Positions 25,943-39,577 of a stretch of 64,000 nucleotides of DNA are shown piece by piece. The DNA comes from Octopus bimaculoides (taxonomy: Eukaryota), in assembly GCF_001194135.2 (NCBI RefSeq), contig NC_068986.1, positions 72,846,383 to 72,910,382 on the forward strand, written 5' to 3'. The position numbers were made by a program, and so were the translations under genes. Each line of letters starts with the position of its first letter. Within the stretch, counting starts at the first letter, position 1. Below the pieces are notes generated by a model, which was not told where the DNA came from, did not search any database, and saw nothing but the letters and a program-made list of their open reading frames with translations.

Positions 25943-26844
25943 AACACACACACACACACACAGAGTCTTACTTTTGCTGCACCCAGACATCTAGACGCCG
26001 TCAGCTTCCTGCCCAGCCATGTGGTCAAAGAAATCCCCTTTTCTAAAGGAACTGCTATTGCTGAACAACAGATATTACCCTGAAAACACCATGCAACCTG
26101 CTTTGACCAATAGCAGCCTATTTCCAGTAGCCATCTTGGACTTCATGTATTTAGTAATCTAAAGCCTGAAAGAGACGGGCTTCTGTTAGAAGCACATGAA
26201 ATTTTAAGATGCATAGAGCTGAATCAAACTGTTTTAAATGTTTATGTATATGTATCATCATCATCATTTAACGTCCGCTTTCCATGCTAGCATGGTTTGG
26301 ACGATTTGACTGGGGACTGACGAACCAGATGGCTACACCAGACACCAATCTGATCTGGCAGAGTTTCTACAGCTGGATGCCCTTATTAACACCAACCACT
26401 CCGAGAGTGTAGTATATATATCTAAAAGGTTTTGCAAAAATTACTTTATACAGTCACAATATTTGAAGAAATATTTTAACTAATGATTATTAATTATTAA
26501 GAAAAAGTTTAAAAACATGACAAACCCTTTTGAAGGAAGTTTTCATATTGTGTGTAAGCGATTTTGTTATTGAATTTCTCAAACACACGTGTTTTTCTCA
26601 TATATTTTAAATAGTTGATAAATTTTAAGAAAATATTTCTTCAAATATATATATATATCAGTGTTTGATTTATGTTCAGTTATATTTAAAACAATTTGAC
26701 ATTAATCTGATTGGTGACTTTATACTTTTGTAGAGTACAAATTTATTATTCTTATACAAGAATGTTAGTGATGGTGACTTTGAAGTTTTGGCCAATTGGT
26801 TGAAACTTCAAAGACATTGTGAACAACATTCTTGTATAAGAATA

Positions 26845-26856
26845 ATACATATATAT

Positions 26857-26907
<51 letters not shown>

Positions 26908-26959
26908 TATATATATAGTTATATATATAATTGTATATGTATATATATATATAAATGTT

Positions 26960-26998
<39 letters not shown>

Positions 26999-27017
26999 AG
27001 TTATATATATAAATGTT

Positions 27018-27078
<61 letters not shown>

Positions 27079-27250
27079 GTTATATATATATAATTTTATA
27101 TGTATATATATAAATGTTTATATAATTATATATGTACATGTGTATGTATATATATATATATGTATACTAGATACATACATATATGTATATGTGTATATGT
27201 ACATATATATACAAATATGTATGTGTGTGTGTGTGTATGTGTATACATGT
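26845..27250. repeat. Long interrupted (TA)n microsatellite
   Basis: Read directly from the sequence. Confidence 0.95.
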
Positions 27251-27684
27251 AAATACAAGTACAGAGTATTACCCATCATGTGACAGGTAACCTTTGAAAT
27301 ATATTATAACCACCAGGTGTAACATAAAGAAATATAACACACATACAAAAATTATGATGTGACTTGTGTCAAATTTCTGGTGCTTATATGAAATGATGAA
27401 ATGAGTACTAATCTTCAAATGAAAAATATTCACTACTTTGAAATAAAATTAAATAAAATAAATTTCTCATTTGTATATTTGCAAAAAATATGTAATATCA
27501 TTTTTATAAATTTTGTCAACATAAACCCCAATCTATTCTGTTGAAAATCTATCTCTGCAAAATTTCATAAAAGAATGTGTTTTTAAGAAACTTACAAGAT
27601 TTAAAGTAGACGGTGGTGCACCAAACTGATGTTATGCCCTGATTCTCACACTTTCTCTATCTCTCATTTTCTCTGATATATACA

Positions 27685-27905
27685 TATGAGGAGTGCTGAA
27701 ATGTTCCTGGCTTTGAATAAAAGAAAACACAGGAGGATTAGTTAATTATAATTTTATTCAATATATCCCCCTTCTCAAATTCACACACTTATTGCAGTGG
27801 TCCTTCAGTTTTTCTAAGCCCTGTAAAAGAAGCTGGAAGGTTGTGCCTCCAACCAGGCCTTTCGGGATACCCTTAAATCCAGGAACTTTTCAGCACTCCC
27901 TCATA
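27685..27905. mobile_element. Mariner-type MITE
   Basis: TATGAGGAGTGCTGAAATGTTCCTGG / CCAGGAACTTTTCAGCACTCCCTCATA with TA ends. Confidence 0.8.
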
Positions 27906-28699
27906 TAAATATATATGTATGTATGTATATATATGTGTGTGTGTGGGTGTGTATATGAAAAGGTATATGTGAAATGCAGGTAGTTCTCATGTATATACTG
28001 CTAATAGGATGTACATGAGTGTGGAAGGGAACAATGCTTCAGTAGGAGAAAATGATTCACACAAATTATTGAAAATAATCAAGGTAATATTTTTGGCAAT
28101 TACAGAGTATAATATAACCAGTAAAAATATGGAGATGGTCAGGCATCAATACTGAATGAGGTAACCAACTGACTTTCCCAAATCCTCTTTCATACACTGT
28201 ATCAATCCTCTATTATTTGTTCTTAATTTCAGCACTCTTGGCTGATTACCTTCTGGATAGAGAAATTACACTTGGCTGTTTTTCATGAAGGATATTCCAA
28301 ATGAAGTTGCTCAAAGAGAAGACTAACTCTTTCATATGACAGAGTGGTGGATAGCTTTCCATTTTAACAATGCCAACCAAAATGATGGCATGGTGAATAT
28401 TAACATCATCCTGAAATGGGTATTTAAATCTTGATGTAATCTGCCTCACAATCTTAATCTCATAGGATTTAGATAAAGGATAAAGATCCTTTCCAAGTAA
28501 GAAAATTATAGACAAGATAATACAAACACTCAAAGCAAAAATTATGACACCACAGAGATTATTGATTGGTTTATATGCTTAGAAAATGAGAAGTCTACTA
28601 AATTTAACTAGACAGGCAATATTCCTTGTACCTTGTATGCATATGTATGTGCATGCATGTATACATACACATGCACACATTTTTTTATTATGGCTGGGT

Positions 28700-28910
28700 T
28701 CCAACCTGAGCCACAGCAACATGGTCCACCCAACACACCTCCCAGTCTATGATTCACTCCAGGCCAGTGTTTGCAATTAAATTGTCAATGTAAGTGTGAC
28801 AATGTTTTCCTCATGAAGTGGGTTCCACATGACTAATTTGGATGCTTTCTGTTCAGGGTGGTTCATGCAGTGGCCAGAGAGTTGCAGCTGTCTCTGTTTG
28901 GTTTTCTCGC

Positions 28911-28912
<2 letters not shown>
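28700..28912 (-). mobile_element. RTE-like LINE extreme C-terminal remnant
   Basis: RQLQLSGHCMNHPEQKASKLVMWNP resembles the RTE RRLxxAGHxxR...LxW motif. Confidence 0.55.
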
Positions 28913-28943
<31 letters not shown>

Positions 28944-29643
28944 ATTTGTTTGTAAATCCAAACGTCACAGTTTTTTTAAATCTCAACAAGGAGACCATAC
29001 TATCCTACAGCTTTGTTGTGTATAATTATACACATCTAATTGAAGGTTGGTGCTTCTGTATTGCATGTAAAGGAAATGGCATGATATAGTTTGTGTTTAC
29101 AATATTGTGGATCTACTAATTGGGACTAGTTCAATATTTCCTGGGTAAAAATAAGTGGTGTGTGTGTGCTTGTGTGTGAGTCACTGACAGCTAATTATTG
29201 CAATATTCCAATTTTAAAAAGATTGTAGATATGTCAGAAAAGATCAGGAGTTTATAGAAGTTATTTTCTTCTTTTTCTTTTGACACAAGCATCACTATTA
29301 TTATCATCCTTACATCATTTATCTTATAAGATTGGATCATTGATTAAACTGGTTATTGTAGCTTTCTCACCCTAATGCTACTGAAATAATTAGCTCTGTG
29401 AAAGACAAACCAAATACAGAAACATCTGCAGACTGCAGGCTAATAAATAAAATGTGAAATGTTTGAGAATATATCATAATACAACCTACAAGATTATTTC
29501 TATGAAACAGAAACTTCAATTGTGAAAGTCTTGCATTGATTAAAGCCTTATTAGTGGAATTTATCAAACAGAAATTTTGTGGAAACTCACTGGATAGAGA
29601 GTGTTTGTTTTCAGATGACTTGATCCATCAACCAATTTATTAC

Positions 29644-29880
29644 CACCACCTGGCCTTCAAGGTACCTCTAGTAGAGTCCACTGTGTTGCCACCCAGTTTT
29701 AAACTATCACCTAATCCTCAGGGCACCTTTAGCAGAATTCACTCAGTTACCTAGTTTAACACCTGTTCCTCAAGATACCTTTAGTGGACTCCACTCTGTT
29801 GTCACAAGTTTAGCAGCACCATCTGGTCCTTAGAGTAACTGAAGTAGAGTTCACATTCTGCTATCACTTAATTAATGCCA
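29644..29880 (+). repeat. Degenerate ~60-bp minisatellite, ~4 copies
   Basis: Approximate unit CACCTGGTCCTCAAGGTACCTTTAGTAGAGTCCACTCTGTTG. Confidence 0.6.
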
Positions 29881-32800
29881 GATCTCAGTCTGACGGTAAT
29901 TTTCTCCTTCTGCCACCTGTCACAAAGATCTTGAAAAAAATGGTCATTAGTACTACCTTACCTTCTCTAAATAATTTAGAAGGTAATTAATATCAATCAT
30001 TTTCAAAATCATGTTTTTTATGTCTTACATTAAAGAAGATATTGAATTCATGGCTCCATATGATAAAGGTTTGCATTCTGCTACAGGAACTACATTGTTA
30101 TTCTGCACACATACTATTAATTAACCCAAAGTACCTTTTAGCAAAAATAAATCCAAAATCTATTTCAGTTTAGATCAGATGTAAAGATGATATTGTGAAA
30201 TAAACCACCAATGATGTAAACTATCTGAATAGTTTTCATGATAATGTAGAAAAAGACACAAAAATGACAAAAATACAATAACCGTCTATTGATCATAACT
30301 TGGAGTTGTGTCAGGCATGAACAGAGACATCTCTTACCACCATATGTCCCACATTCATTAACAGTTGTGGAATCCCTATCCCACATCAGGATTTTGATTC
30401 ACGGTTTGAAAGGATACTCACAGTTCATTCCTCCCATTGGTCAATTCCCAAATGTTGATAGGCAATTTTTGGTGTCACAGAAAATCAAATTCTTTTTAAA
30501 TATATATTCATCCATACAAGACAGCCCAACATATCAGCCAACATGTTAACAGTGAATAATACAATGAAAATAAAAAAAGTTAAAATCATGAAATCTGAAA
30601 ATAGTTTATTAAATTATACACAAAAATAAGAGCTAATTAAGGTACTTTAGATGAACAAGATCATAATTAACAAGTGAAAATTTACTAAATAATGTGGGAA
30701 CGTATTTTACAAAAGAAAAACAAAAAAAATATAAACAATGGGAGAAAGAAAAAAACATCAATGCAGCACCAAGTGCTTCAATTGTTGCACACCACAAGGT
30801 TCAACAGAATCTACTGAAACAAACTAGCATGCTCACATGTTCTTATTAAAACTGTTTTAATAATTAATAATTGTCACACAAAAAAAAAAAGTCACAGAAA
30901 CAAAATGTTATTTTTCTTAATAAGAACTTTTGAAATTGAAGAAATATAGTAAATAGTTTAGTAAGATTTAACACAAACTTCTGATATTATAGATATATGA
31001 GAAGAGGGAAGCGAAAGAAAGTGATGGAGATTGCAAATATCATATACTTACTTTATCATAAATAATTTATGTTTATTTGTAGAATACTAGGTCTGAGTCT
31101 CTAAAAGTTTACCATCAAATCAACTTATTCAAGGAATGCAATATGACTGCTCATTAAAATATAATGCACACTAATTAATAATAACAATAACATAATAATC
31201 AATACTATCTTCTTGGTTTTCTTTTATCTTTTTTGTACAAAACAATAATTAAAGTCACCATAGTGTAAGGAAAAGAAGGGGCCTACAAATTCAAAAGATG
31301 TTGATTGACAGAAAATTTAAAGGGCTGAATATCATAGTTCAGAAGAAAACAAGACAAAAACAATAAGGTAATATTTATCCCCTCTTAAATGTGAATGTTC
31401 TGTTAGAACAAACTGTACTGCAGTAGATACCATAAGAGAAACTCGCATTATTGGCTTTTGGTGCAAAAGCACTCTTGTTTATATCGCTAACAGAGTGTAT
31501 TTTGCACCATAAGCTAGTAAAGTTGTTCTGACTGAACATCGATGTTTAAGTGGGGATAAATATCATCTCTCAGTATTAACACAACCTCTGTTGCTAATAT
31601 ATATTTAATAACAGTAAGTTCCAGAGCACAACAGTTCAAGGAAAGAAGCTATTAGATTAAAAGGACTTATGACTAACAGGAAGCTCAACAGAGAAATGAT
31701 GCAACTGGAAAGAGAAGTGGGTGTCACGTTTTAAGGTCTTAATAGTATCAACAAATATATATTTTAATGTTACATTTTCTATGTTTCAGTGCATTCAACA
31801 GTTCTTAATGTAAGATTTTGTAAGGTACAAAAACTAGTGTCAAGAATCACTAGAGCATTGGGGAAAATCTCTTGCAAATTTTAGTTACAGCTCTTTTACA
31901 TTCTGAGTTCAAATCATGCCAAAATCAACTCAGCCTCTTGTCTTTCAAGGAATGATAAAATAAAACATCATTGAAATACTGGGGTCAATATAATCAACTA
32001 TTAGTACTCCCCTAAACTGCCTTATGTCAATATCTAGTTAAATCTTATTACAGTGTAAACTCAAATTCCACTGGGATCAATTGTGCCTGTCATCTATCTA
32101 GAGATAATAACGTGAGTACCAATATTATAGTGTGAGGTGATGTAGTCAATTTTACTCTTTGTGACCTTATGTCATTATATCCTTCCACTAACATCTGACC
32201 ATGAGTTATAGTAAAAAGTAAATATAGCTTTTAAATACTTCCATATTTTAGCTCATAAATTAAAAACTAAAAACAAAACCTCATATTAAATATATTAGTT
32301 CCATTTGTCTTCTTTAAAGATTAGATCATTTTTGTTTAAGCATCAATTGGAGAGCTGTAATCTTATATTACAAGAACAACTTTGTTAATAAACTTATAAT
32401 AGAATTTATTTTAAACTACAAAACACATATGAAAGAGGTTTGTAGAATTTGTAAAATCCCCAGTCTAAATCTCAAACATTCTAATCTGATAAGAAACAAA
32501 CTTCTCTCTGGATATGAAGTATGGCATGGATTTTAGCTGAGAGAGAGAGAGAGACAGAGAGAGAGAGAAAGAGAGATTGCCTCTCTGTCTGTTTTATCTG
32601 CAGCTATGTTAATGCATTTTTTTCTCTCTATGTCTGCTTATCTGCAGTTAGGCTAATACAATTTTTTAAATTTCAATAGCTTATCAAAGTTTTTAACCTT
32701 TGTTTTAAAAAAATACTGATTCTCCAGAAGCATTTATGTAAATCATAATGAAATTCCACTAAAGATCTGAATACTTTAACCTAATCAACATGTAATATTC

Positions 32801-33532
32801 TATTTTTTATCTCTAGAAAAATACTCTATATCTATGTACCATGTCATTTATTATTGAATGCCTGTTATCAGTTATGCAACAATGATTAAATAATTACATT
32901 TGTATAATGAAATAGCAAATTTTATCAAAAATGACATTTTATCAATTTGCTTTAAATAGTGCTTCTGACCTGAAAATATCCTTAATGATTCAAAAATTAT
33001 AATTATTTCGTTCCAGTTTTAGTCAATCAAAGAGATTTTAATTGATTTGATGCTACTTTTCTAGATTAGTTAATTGTATTTTTTTTAAAAAAAGGAAAAA
33101 GATCTTTTAATTTTATAATGCTATATCAAAAAACATAGAAAATGTGTTTGTTGTAAGAAACTATAAAAATAAACATTGAGCTTCAACTTAGAATATAACA
33201 GCTGGATGCAGAATAATAATAGGCACAGGTGTGACTTTATACATTAATAACTTGGCATTTCCCAGGTTATTGAAAATAACATGTTTTGTCCAATGTTCTC
33301 ACTGTTAAAATTGTTAAAAAAAGCAGGTATTTCTTTGTCTTTGCAATCACCTTTAGTTGTCACATGTTAAACATGTTGAAACATGTTAAACCTGAAAATG
33401 CATAAATTTGAAAAGAACTGCCCTCTGGGTGCTCCTCTCCTATTAATAAATACATTTAACAAAAATTCTATCAGATGACATGAGTATAAACAACTGTATT
33501 GAAACAAATCCGGAAATCAATCACAGTTTAAT

Positions 33533-34170
33533 TATCTAGAACTTCTAAATACACAATGTTTTGAGTGAGTCCTTTAATTTGTGTATAAATGAAAAGATTT
33601 TGAAGACTTCCAACTCGTGAACATCCTACATATAATTGCCCATGAGAGAAGCAAGGAGAAGTAAGGTGAGTCCAAACAACATTGAGAGACTCCTTGAGAT
33701 TTGCTTGTTGAGATAGTGAAATTTAGCTTGTCTGGGAGCTGAAACCATTTAAATTCAAAGAGAAGGTCATATAGGATTAACAGGATCAGTGGAATGAAGA
33801 CATCCTCACCCTTGTAGTTCCCAGTCATAATTGCTGCCTCTAGGATATGGGGTCATATCACTTTCACCACCAGTCTGGTGCCATTGCACAGACAAGGTAG
33901 ATGCAGATTCCTGAGCAGCATGATTGGAGCCCCCTTTTCAAGTGTTAAGTGGTGAGGTGGCATCCCAGATGGCTGTAGAGAGTTCAGGAACTCAGTTGGA
34001 AAAACTACAACCTAGTCCTGATCAATGACAGTGCCGAGGGATTTGAAAGATTGTTCTTGTCCTGGCAACAGCTGCAAGAGATCCCAGTTGATTTTGTCAA
34101 CAGCGTCATTATGTCGAGCTAAGATGGCTTGCTCACAAAGCCATTGACTGTTGCTAAAGTTTTGTGCAAT
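33533..34170 (-). mobile_element. Helitron PIF1-like helicase C-terminal remnant (frameshifted)
   Basis: SQWLCEQAILARHNDAVDKINWDLL, LRNLHL..LCNGTRL, MTGNYKGEDVFIP and SKSQG are the typical Helitron helicase motifs. Confidence 0.85.
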
Positions 34171-34230
34171 ATACCTTATATATATATAAAACAGACCTGT
34201 TGACATGTGAGAAAAAGGCCTCATCTATCT

Positions 34231-34271
<41 letters not shown>

Positions 34272-34633
34272 AATATATATATCATATATATGAAGCAGAC
34301 CTGTTGATGAAAAAGAGACATCTATCACTCTGTAAAATGTATTTACATATACATAAATATATATCTTATGTATGAAGCAGACCTGTTGACATTGGGAAAC
34401 TTTTACAAAAACGAACCTGTACATACAGATACACAAATAGAAAGCTGAAGATGTAAAATGAAAGTACCTTTAGAAATTGATTTTTATCAGAAATCATCAC
34501 AACTGTAATGATGTATACATACATGTGTGTGTGTAAATAGCTGGTTACTTAGTTACTACATCAAAATGCCAGACACAGGAAGTTGACATTGACAAAACGG
34601 TTTGAAGAAGTGAATCTATATTATATATATGTT

Positions 34634-36682
34634 TGTCCCCACGCCATTTGCCGCCAGGATGCAAACCGACCAACCGTAGCCACTAATAAGGTCACGTGAG
34701 AAAGCGTTTTTCTGATGCTCTCTGGAGCCCCTATTTTCCTATAAATAGCCTAAATTATCCGCGGCAATTCGTCGCGGCTCAGATCCTCACAGATCTGGTC
34801 GTTGACCACACATGCGTAGCACAGCACCAACCAGCCAGCCAGTTCCAGCGACGACATCAACAACCACTTCAACTACGTACTACTAGCACCGTCGCCAGCG
34901 TCAACACGACTCTAAGTACACAAGCTACCAAACAACCACCGCAGCTTCTCAACCCTGTTTGTGTGATTTGCTCACCACGAAATTAACAGCCAGAACTCAA
35001 CCTGCGAAGAACATCTGTATCAAGTAGCCCGGCCCGGCATAGAAGCCCCAACTTCACAACGAGTGACTTAGCGCTGCCTAACGCCTCAACCTCTTACATA
35101 CAGATTATCAATACTACTGTGTACCTTAACAGAAATGGTATATTTCCTTATCCGTGTTACTGACTCTTATCTATACTCTATATCTCTTGCATTCACATAC
35201 ATGTATTACTTGAACACACTTTTGTTTACATGACGGCCTGTCTTATATTGTGTTTTATTATGTCGCATTCACACACACACAGACATAGAGCTAAATGCTC
35301 TAATAAATCTTTACTGTTATTCATCTCTATCGGTTGCGTTCCTATTTTGTCCTTCCTGGCAAATTTCTTAGTTCTCTATGTTATAGTATTATAACATATC
35401 ATTATATTTTGTGGCGACCATGTGACGCGTTTAAAAAGGAGCCTGTTTTCCATTCGTCACCATTTCTCCTTTGGTTTGCACGGTCGTTCTTACAAACTGG
35501 TAACCCCGACGTGATGCCAACATACAGCCCCACGTGATTCTGTTCACACAGCTTCACTTAAAATGGTGACTAAATGCCAGTATAGGACCAACCGTTCTTT
35601 CAGTTTTTTCACTACAATTATTTTCTGTTTCGTCTGTTTGTCTGGTGTGAGGCTAGTGTAGTGAAACTACCTCTCTCACGGTATATATATTAACAAATGC
35701 GAGCGTAGCAGAGAACACCTCTTTCCCTGTCATCACCTGACTGACTTTTATTTACGCGGCAATTGTCTCCACTCCATTTGCTGCCAGGATGCAAACCGAC
35801 CAACCGTAGCCACTAATAAGGTCACGTGAGAGAGCGTTTTTCTGATGCTCTCTGGAGCCCCTATTTTTTTATAAATAGCCTAAATTATCCGCGGCAATTC
35901 ATCGCAGCTCATTGACCGCACACGCATAACACAGCACCAGCCAGCCAGCCAGTTCCAGCGACGACATCAACAACCACTTCAACTACGTACTACTAGCACG
36001 ATCGCCAGCGTCAACACGACTCTAAATACACAAGCTACCAAACAGCCACCGCAGCTTCTCAACCCTGTTTGTGTGATTTGCTCACCACGAAATTAACAGC
36101 CAGAACTCAACCTGCGAAGAACATCTGTATNNNNNNNNNNTGTTTGTGTGATTTGCTCACCACGAAATTAACAGCCAGAACTCAACCTGCGAAGAACATC
36201 TGTATCAAGTAGCCCGGCCCGGCATAGAAGCCCCAACTTCACGACGATTGACTTAGCGCTGCCTAACGCCTCAACCTCTTACATACAGATTAGCAATACT
36301 ACTGTGTACCTTAACAGAACTGGTATATTTCCTTATCCGTGTTACTGACTCTTATCTATACTCTGTAACTCTTACATACACATACATACATTTGTATACA
36401 CACTCTTCTGTTTACATGATGGCCTGTCTTATATCGTGTTTTATTATGTTGCATTCACTCACACACAGACATACAATTTAATGCTCCAATAAATCTTACT
36501 GTTAATCATCTTTATCGGTTGCATTCCTATCTTGTCCTTCCTGGCAAATTTCCTAGTCCTCTATGTTATAGTATTATAACATATTATCATTATATTTTGT
36601 GTCGACCGTGTGATGCGTTAAAAAAGGAGCCTGTTTTCCATTCGTCACTATTTCTCCTTTGGTTTGCACGGTCGTTCTTACA
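34634..36682 (+). mobile_element. Non-autonomous LTR retroelement (LTR-PBS-269 bp-LTR)
   Basis: LTR1 34634-35494 and LTR2 35764-36682, both TG...CA. PBS TGGTAACCCCGACGTGAT at 35498-35515. No ORF inside. Confidence 0.85.
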
Positions 36683-36699
36683 TATATATAAAGCAATAC

Positions 36700-37460
36700 T
36701 CTTTTACTCTTTTACTTGTTTCAGTCATTTTATTGCGGCCATGCTGGAGCACCGCCTTTAGTCGAGCAAATCAACCCCGGGACTTATTCTTTGTAAGCCC
36801 AGTACTTATTCTATTGGTCTCTTTTGCCGAACCGCTAAGTGACAGGGACATAAACACACCAGCATCAGTTGTCAAGCAATGCTAGGGGGACAAACACAGA
36901 CACACAAACTCACACACACACACACATATATATATATACATATATACAATGGGCTTCTTTCAGTTTCCATCTACCAAATCCACTCACAAGGCTTTGGTCG
37001 ACCCAAGGCTATAGTAGAAGACACTTGCCCAAGATGCCACGCAGTGGGACTGAACCCAGAACCATGTGGTTGGTAACTTGTTTCAGTAAATAAGTTGGAG
37101 CTATGCAGGGGCACTGTCTTGAAGAATCTTAGTTGAAAGATCTTAGTTGAAGAATCTTAGCTTCTTTTTTTAAAGCCTGCTACTTATTCTATCAGTGTCT
37201 TTTACTGACCGGCTAAGTTACAGGTACATAAACATACCAACACTGGTTGTCAAGTGTTGGGTGGATGGGTGGGTGGGACAGACACAAAAACACGTGTGTG
37301 CATACACACACACATGACAATGACCTTCTTTTGGTTTCCATCTACCAAGCCCACTCACAAGGCTTTGGTCTGCCCAAAGACACTTGTCCAAGGTGTCACA
37401 CAGTGGGACTGAACCTGGAACCATGTGACTGCAAAATAAGCTTCTTACCATACAACCATG
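36700..37460 (-). mobile_element. Two tandem major-family SINEs
   Basis: Reverse matches to 3291-3697; the second copy is more degenerate. Confidence 0.8.
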
Positions 37461-38665
37461 CTTGTGCCTTTGTAACCAAAACTCTAAACTTTTTTTTGGA
37501 TCAGTCTTAAATGATAGCAAAACCTTAAAAATTTCAATTTTTATATATTTTAATAATAACGTTGCTTATATTTTTCATTTTGAACTAGCTTTGCTCAAAA
37601 ACCACAACTCATTCTCCAGCTTTGAGTCACTCTATCTTTAAGATTAGTTTTATGTTATATCAATTTTCCTGCCAGTCACATCCAATTAAAGTTTTTAAAC
37701 TACCCATAGGTCAATGCCACCATATATGTTCTAAAAGATTACATACATACACACATATTTGATAAGCCAGGAGAAAATTGCCTAGAGAATGATGTTTCTC
37801 TCAATAGATTCTAATAGAGATTAAAGTGAATGCTATGTGGTAAGAAACTCTCAAGAGAGCTGAACAGTAGGTCTTCAGAGAGAAAATCTCCCCCAGGCAA
37901 GTGTTTCAGCCCTTAACTTTTGACACCCAAAGGGGCCAGGCTGCATCCAGGTCGTAACTCCAGGATGCTCTTCTGCTGACCACTATTTAACCATTTGGAT
38001 ATCAGAGACTTATTGTGCATTTAAACTGCTTGAACATTTCATCTAGCTGTAACTTCTCTCTGTTGATTCAGCTTTCAAACTTATACTTAAAGAAGAAATA
38101 ACATTGGTTGTTATGGAAACAGTGGAGCATCAACACTATCACAATAACTCACTCAGAGTTACTTCCCATAGCATTAACAAACAAAAATATTACTGACAAA
38201 TGGTATGAATTCAGGCAGTTTTGTACTCTTTGGTGGAGGATCACCTAGAGAAACATGAAAATGCTTTAACATTTATCAGATGTTTTTTAGAACATGATAC
38301 ATCTCAAGAGCTAGTTGAATCAATTTTCAATTTTAATATATTTTACTAAAAACGTTGCTAATATTTTTCACTTTGAACTAGCTTTGCTCAAAAACCACAA
38401 CTCATTCTCCAGCTTTGATTCACTCTATCTTTGAAGATCAGCTTTACTTTTTGTTAATTTTTCTTCCCAGTCACTTCCGATTAAAGTTTTTAGAATACAC
38501 ATAGGTCAATGACACCATATATGTACTAAAAGATTACACACACACACACACATTCATATCATATTTATGCACATACATACACATACATACGGGCACGCAT
38601 TAAATAAACCAAGTGAAAATTACTAGAGAATGGTGTTTCTCTCAATAAATCCTAATATAGATTAA

Positions 38666-38885
38666 CCTTTTAACATTCAGAATACTCTGTCAAATGTAAT
38701 GCTTATTTATTCACATTGTTTTAAATTAACCATGCATCATCTCATTGCTTCAAGAATTTGATGATGTGATTGCTTATTTTTCAAATGACTTTGTATAGCA
38801 GGTGTGAGAGGCTGGATCTGGTCAGTTTAAATATAAAACAGGTAGAAATATTTGGGATGGATATGGCCAGTTTAAATGCTAAAGG
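38666..38885 (+). mobile_element. piggyBac-type MITE
   Basis: TTAA|CCTTT...AAAGG|TTAA. Confidence 0.8.
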
Positions 38886-39019
38886 TTAAAGTGAACTTTA
38901 AATGACTCTAAAATTAATATAAAGTAAGACAAAAACACCAGGAATATTTATAAGAATTAACAGGCAAGTGTGAGTATAAATGAGTAATTTTTTAATATTT
39001 TTTCAAGAAAATGAAACAA

Positions 39020-39577
39020 AGCAATTTATAATAATGGCTTCAAATTTTGGTACAATGCCAGGGGAGGGAACAAGTCAATTACATCAACCCCAATGATCAA
39101 CTGGTACTTATTTGATTGACCTCAAAAAGATGAAAGGCAAAGTCTACCTTAGTGGAATTTGAACTCAGAATCTAAAGTCGGATGAAATGTTGCTAAACAT
39201 TTTGCCTGGTGTGCTAATGATTCTACCAGCTCACCAACTTATGAATAATAATAATGCCTATTATAGGCACAAGTTCTGAAATTTTGAGGGAGGGGCTAGT
39301 TGAATACTTCAGCTCCAGTGCACAACTGGGACTTATTTCATTGGCCCCAAAAGGATGAAAGGCATTTGAACTCAGAGCATAAAGACAGACAAAATGATGC
39401 TAAGCATGCTAACCATTCTGCCAGCTTGCCATTTTAATAATAGTAATCATGATCCTTTCCACTATAGGCACAAAGCCAGAAATTTGGTGGTGGGGAGGCT
39501 TAGTCAGTTACCACGATCCCAGGGCTCAACTGGTAATTATTTTATTGATCCCAAAAGGATGAAAGGTAAAATAGACT
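39020..39577 (-). mobile_element. Head-to-tail array of ~3 copies of the third SINE family
   Basis: Repeated AAAGGATGAAAGG...GAACTCAG...GCTAAGCAT...GCCAGCT units separated by (AAT)n. Confidence 0.75.

Noticed and set aside
28250-28488. Minus-strand open frame (DLYPLSKSYEIK...SLSRR) with a good donor AAG|GTAATC
   Set aside because: The acceptor is weak (GGAAAG), no phase-compatible partner exon was found and there is no recognisable homology, so it is not called as CDS without RNA evidence.
29367-30600. Unique sequence with short ORFs and splice-like sites
   Set aside because: Stops occur in all frames before the candidate donor at ~30135, and no coherent exon chain could be built.
36131-36205. 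65-bp tandem duplication inside LTR2
   Set aside because: It sits directly on a 10-N contig join and is absent from LTR1, so it is most likely an assembly overlap artefact.
37880-37975. Minus-strand CTGGATGCAGCC...GGGCTGAAAC resembling a hammerhead
   Set aside because: The core is not CUGANGA and there is no NUH site with stem III.
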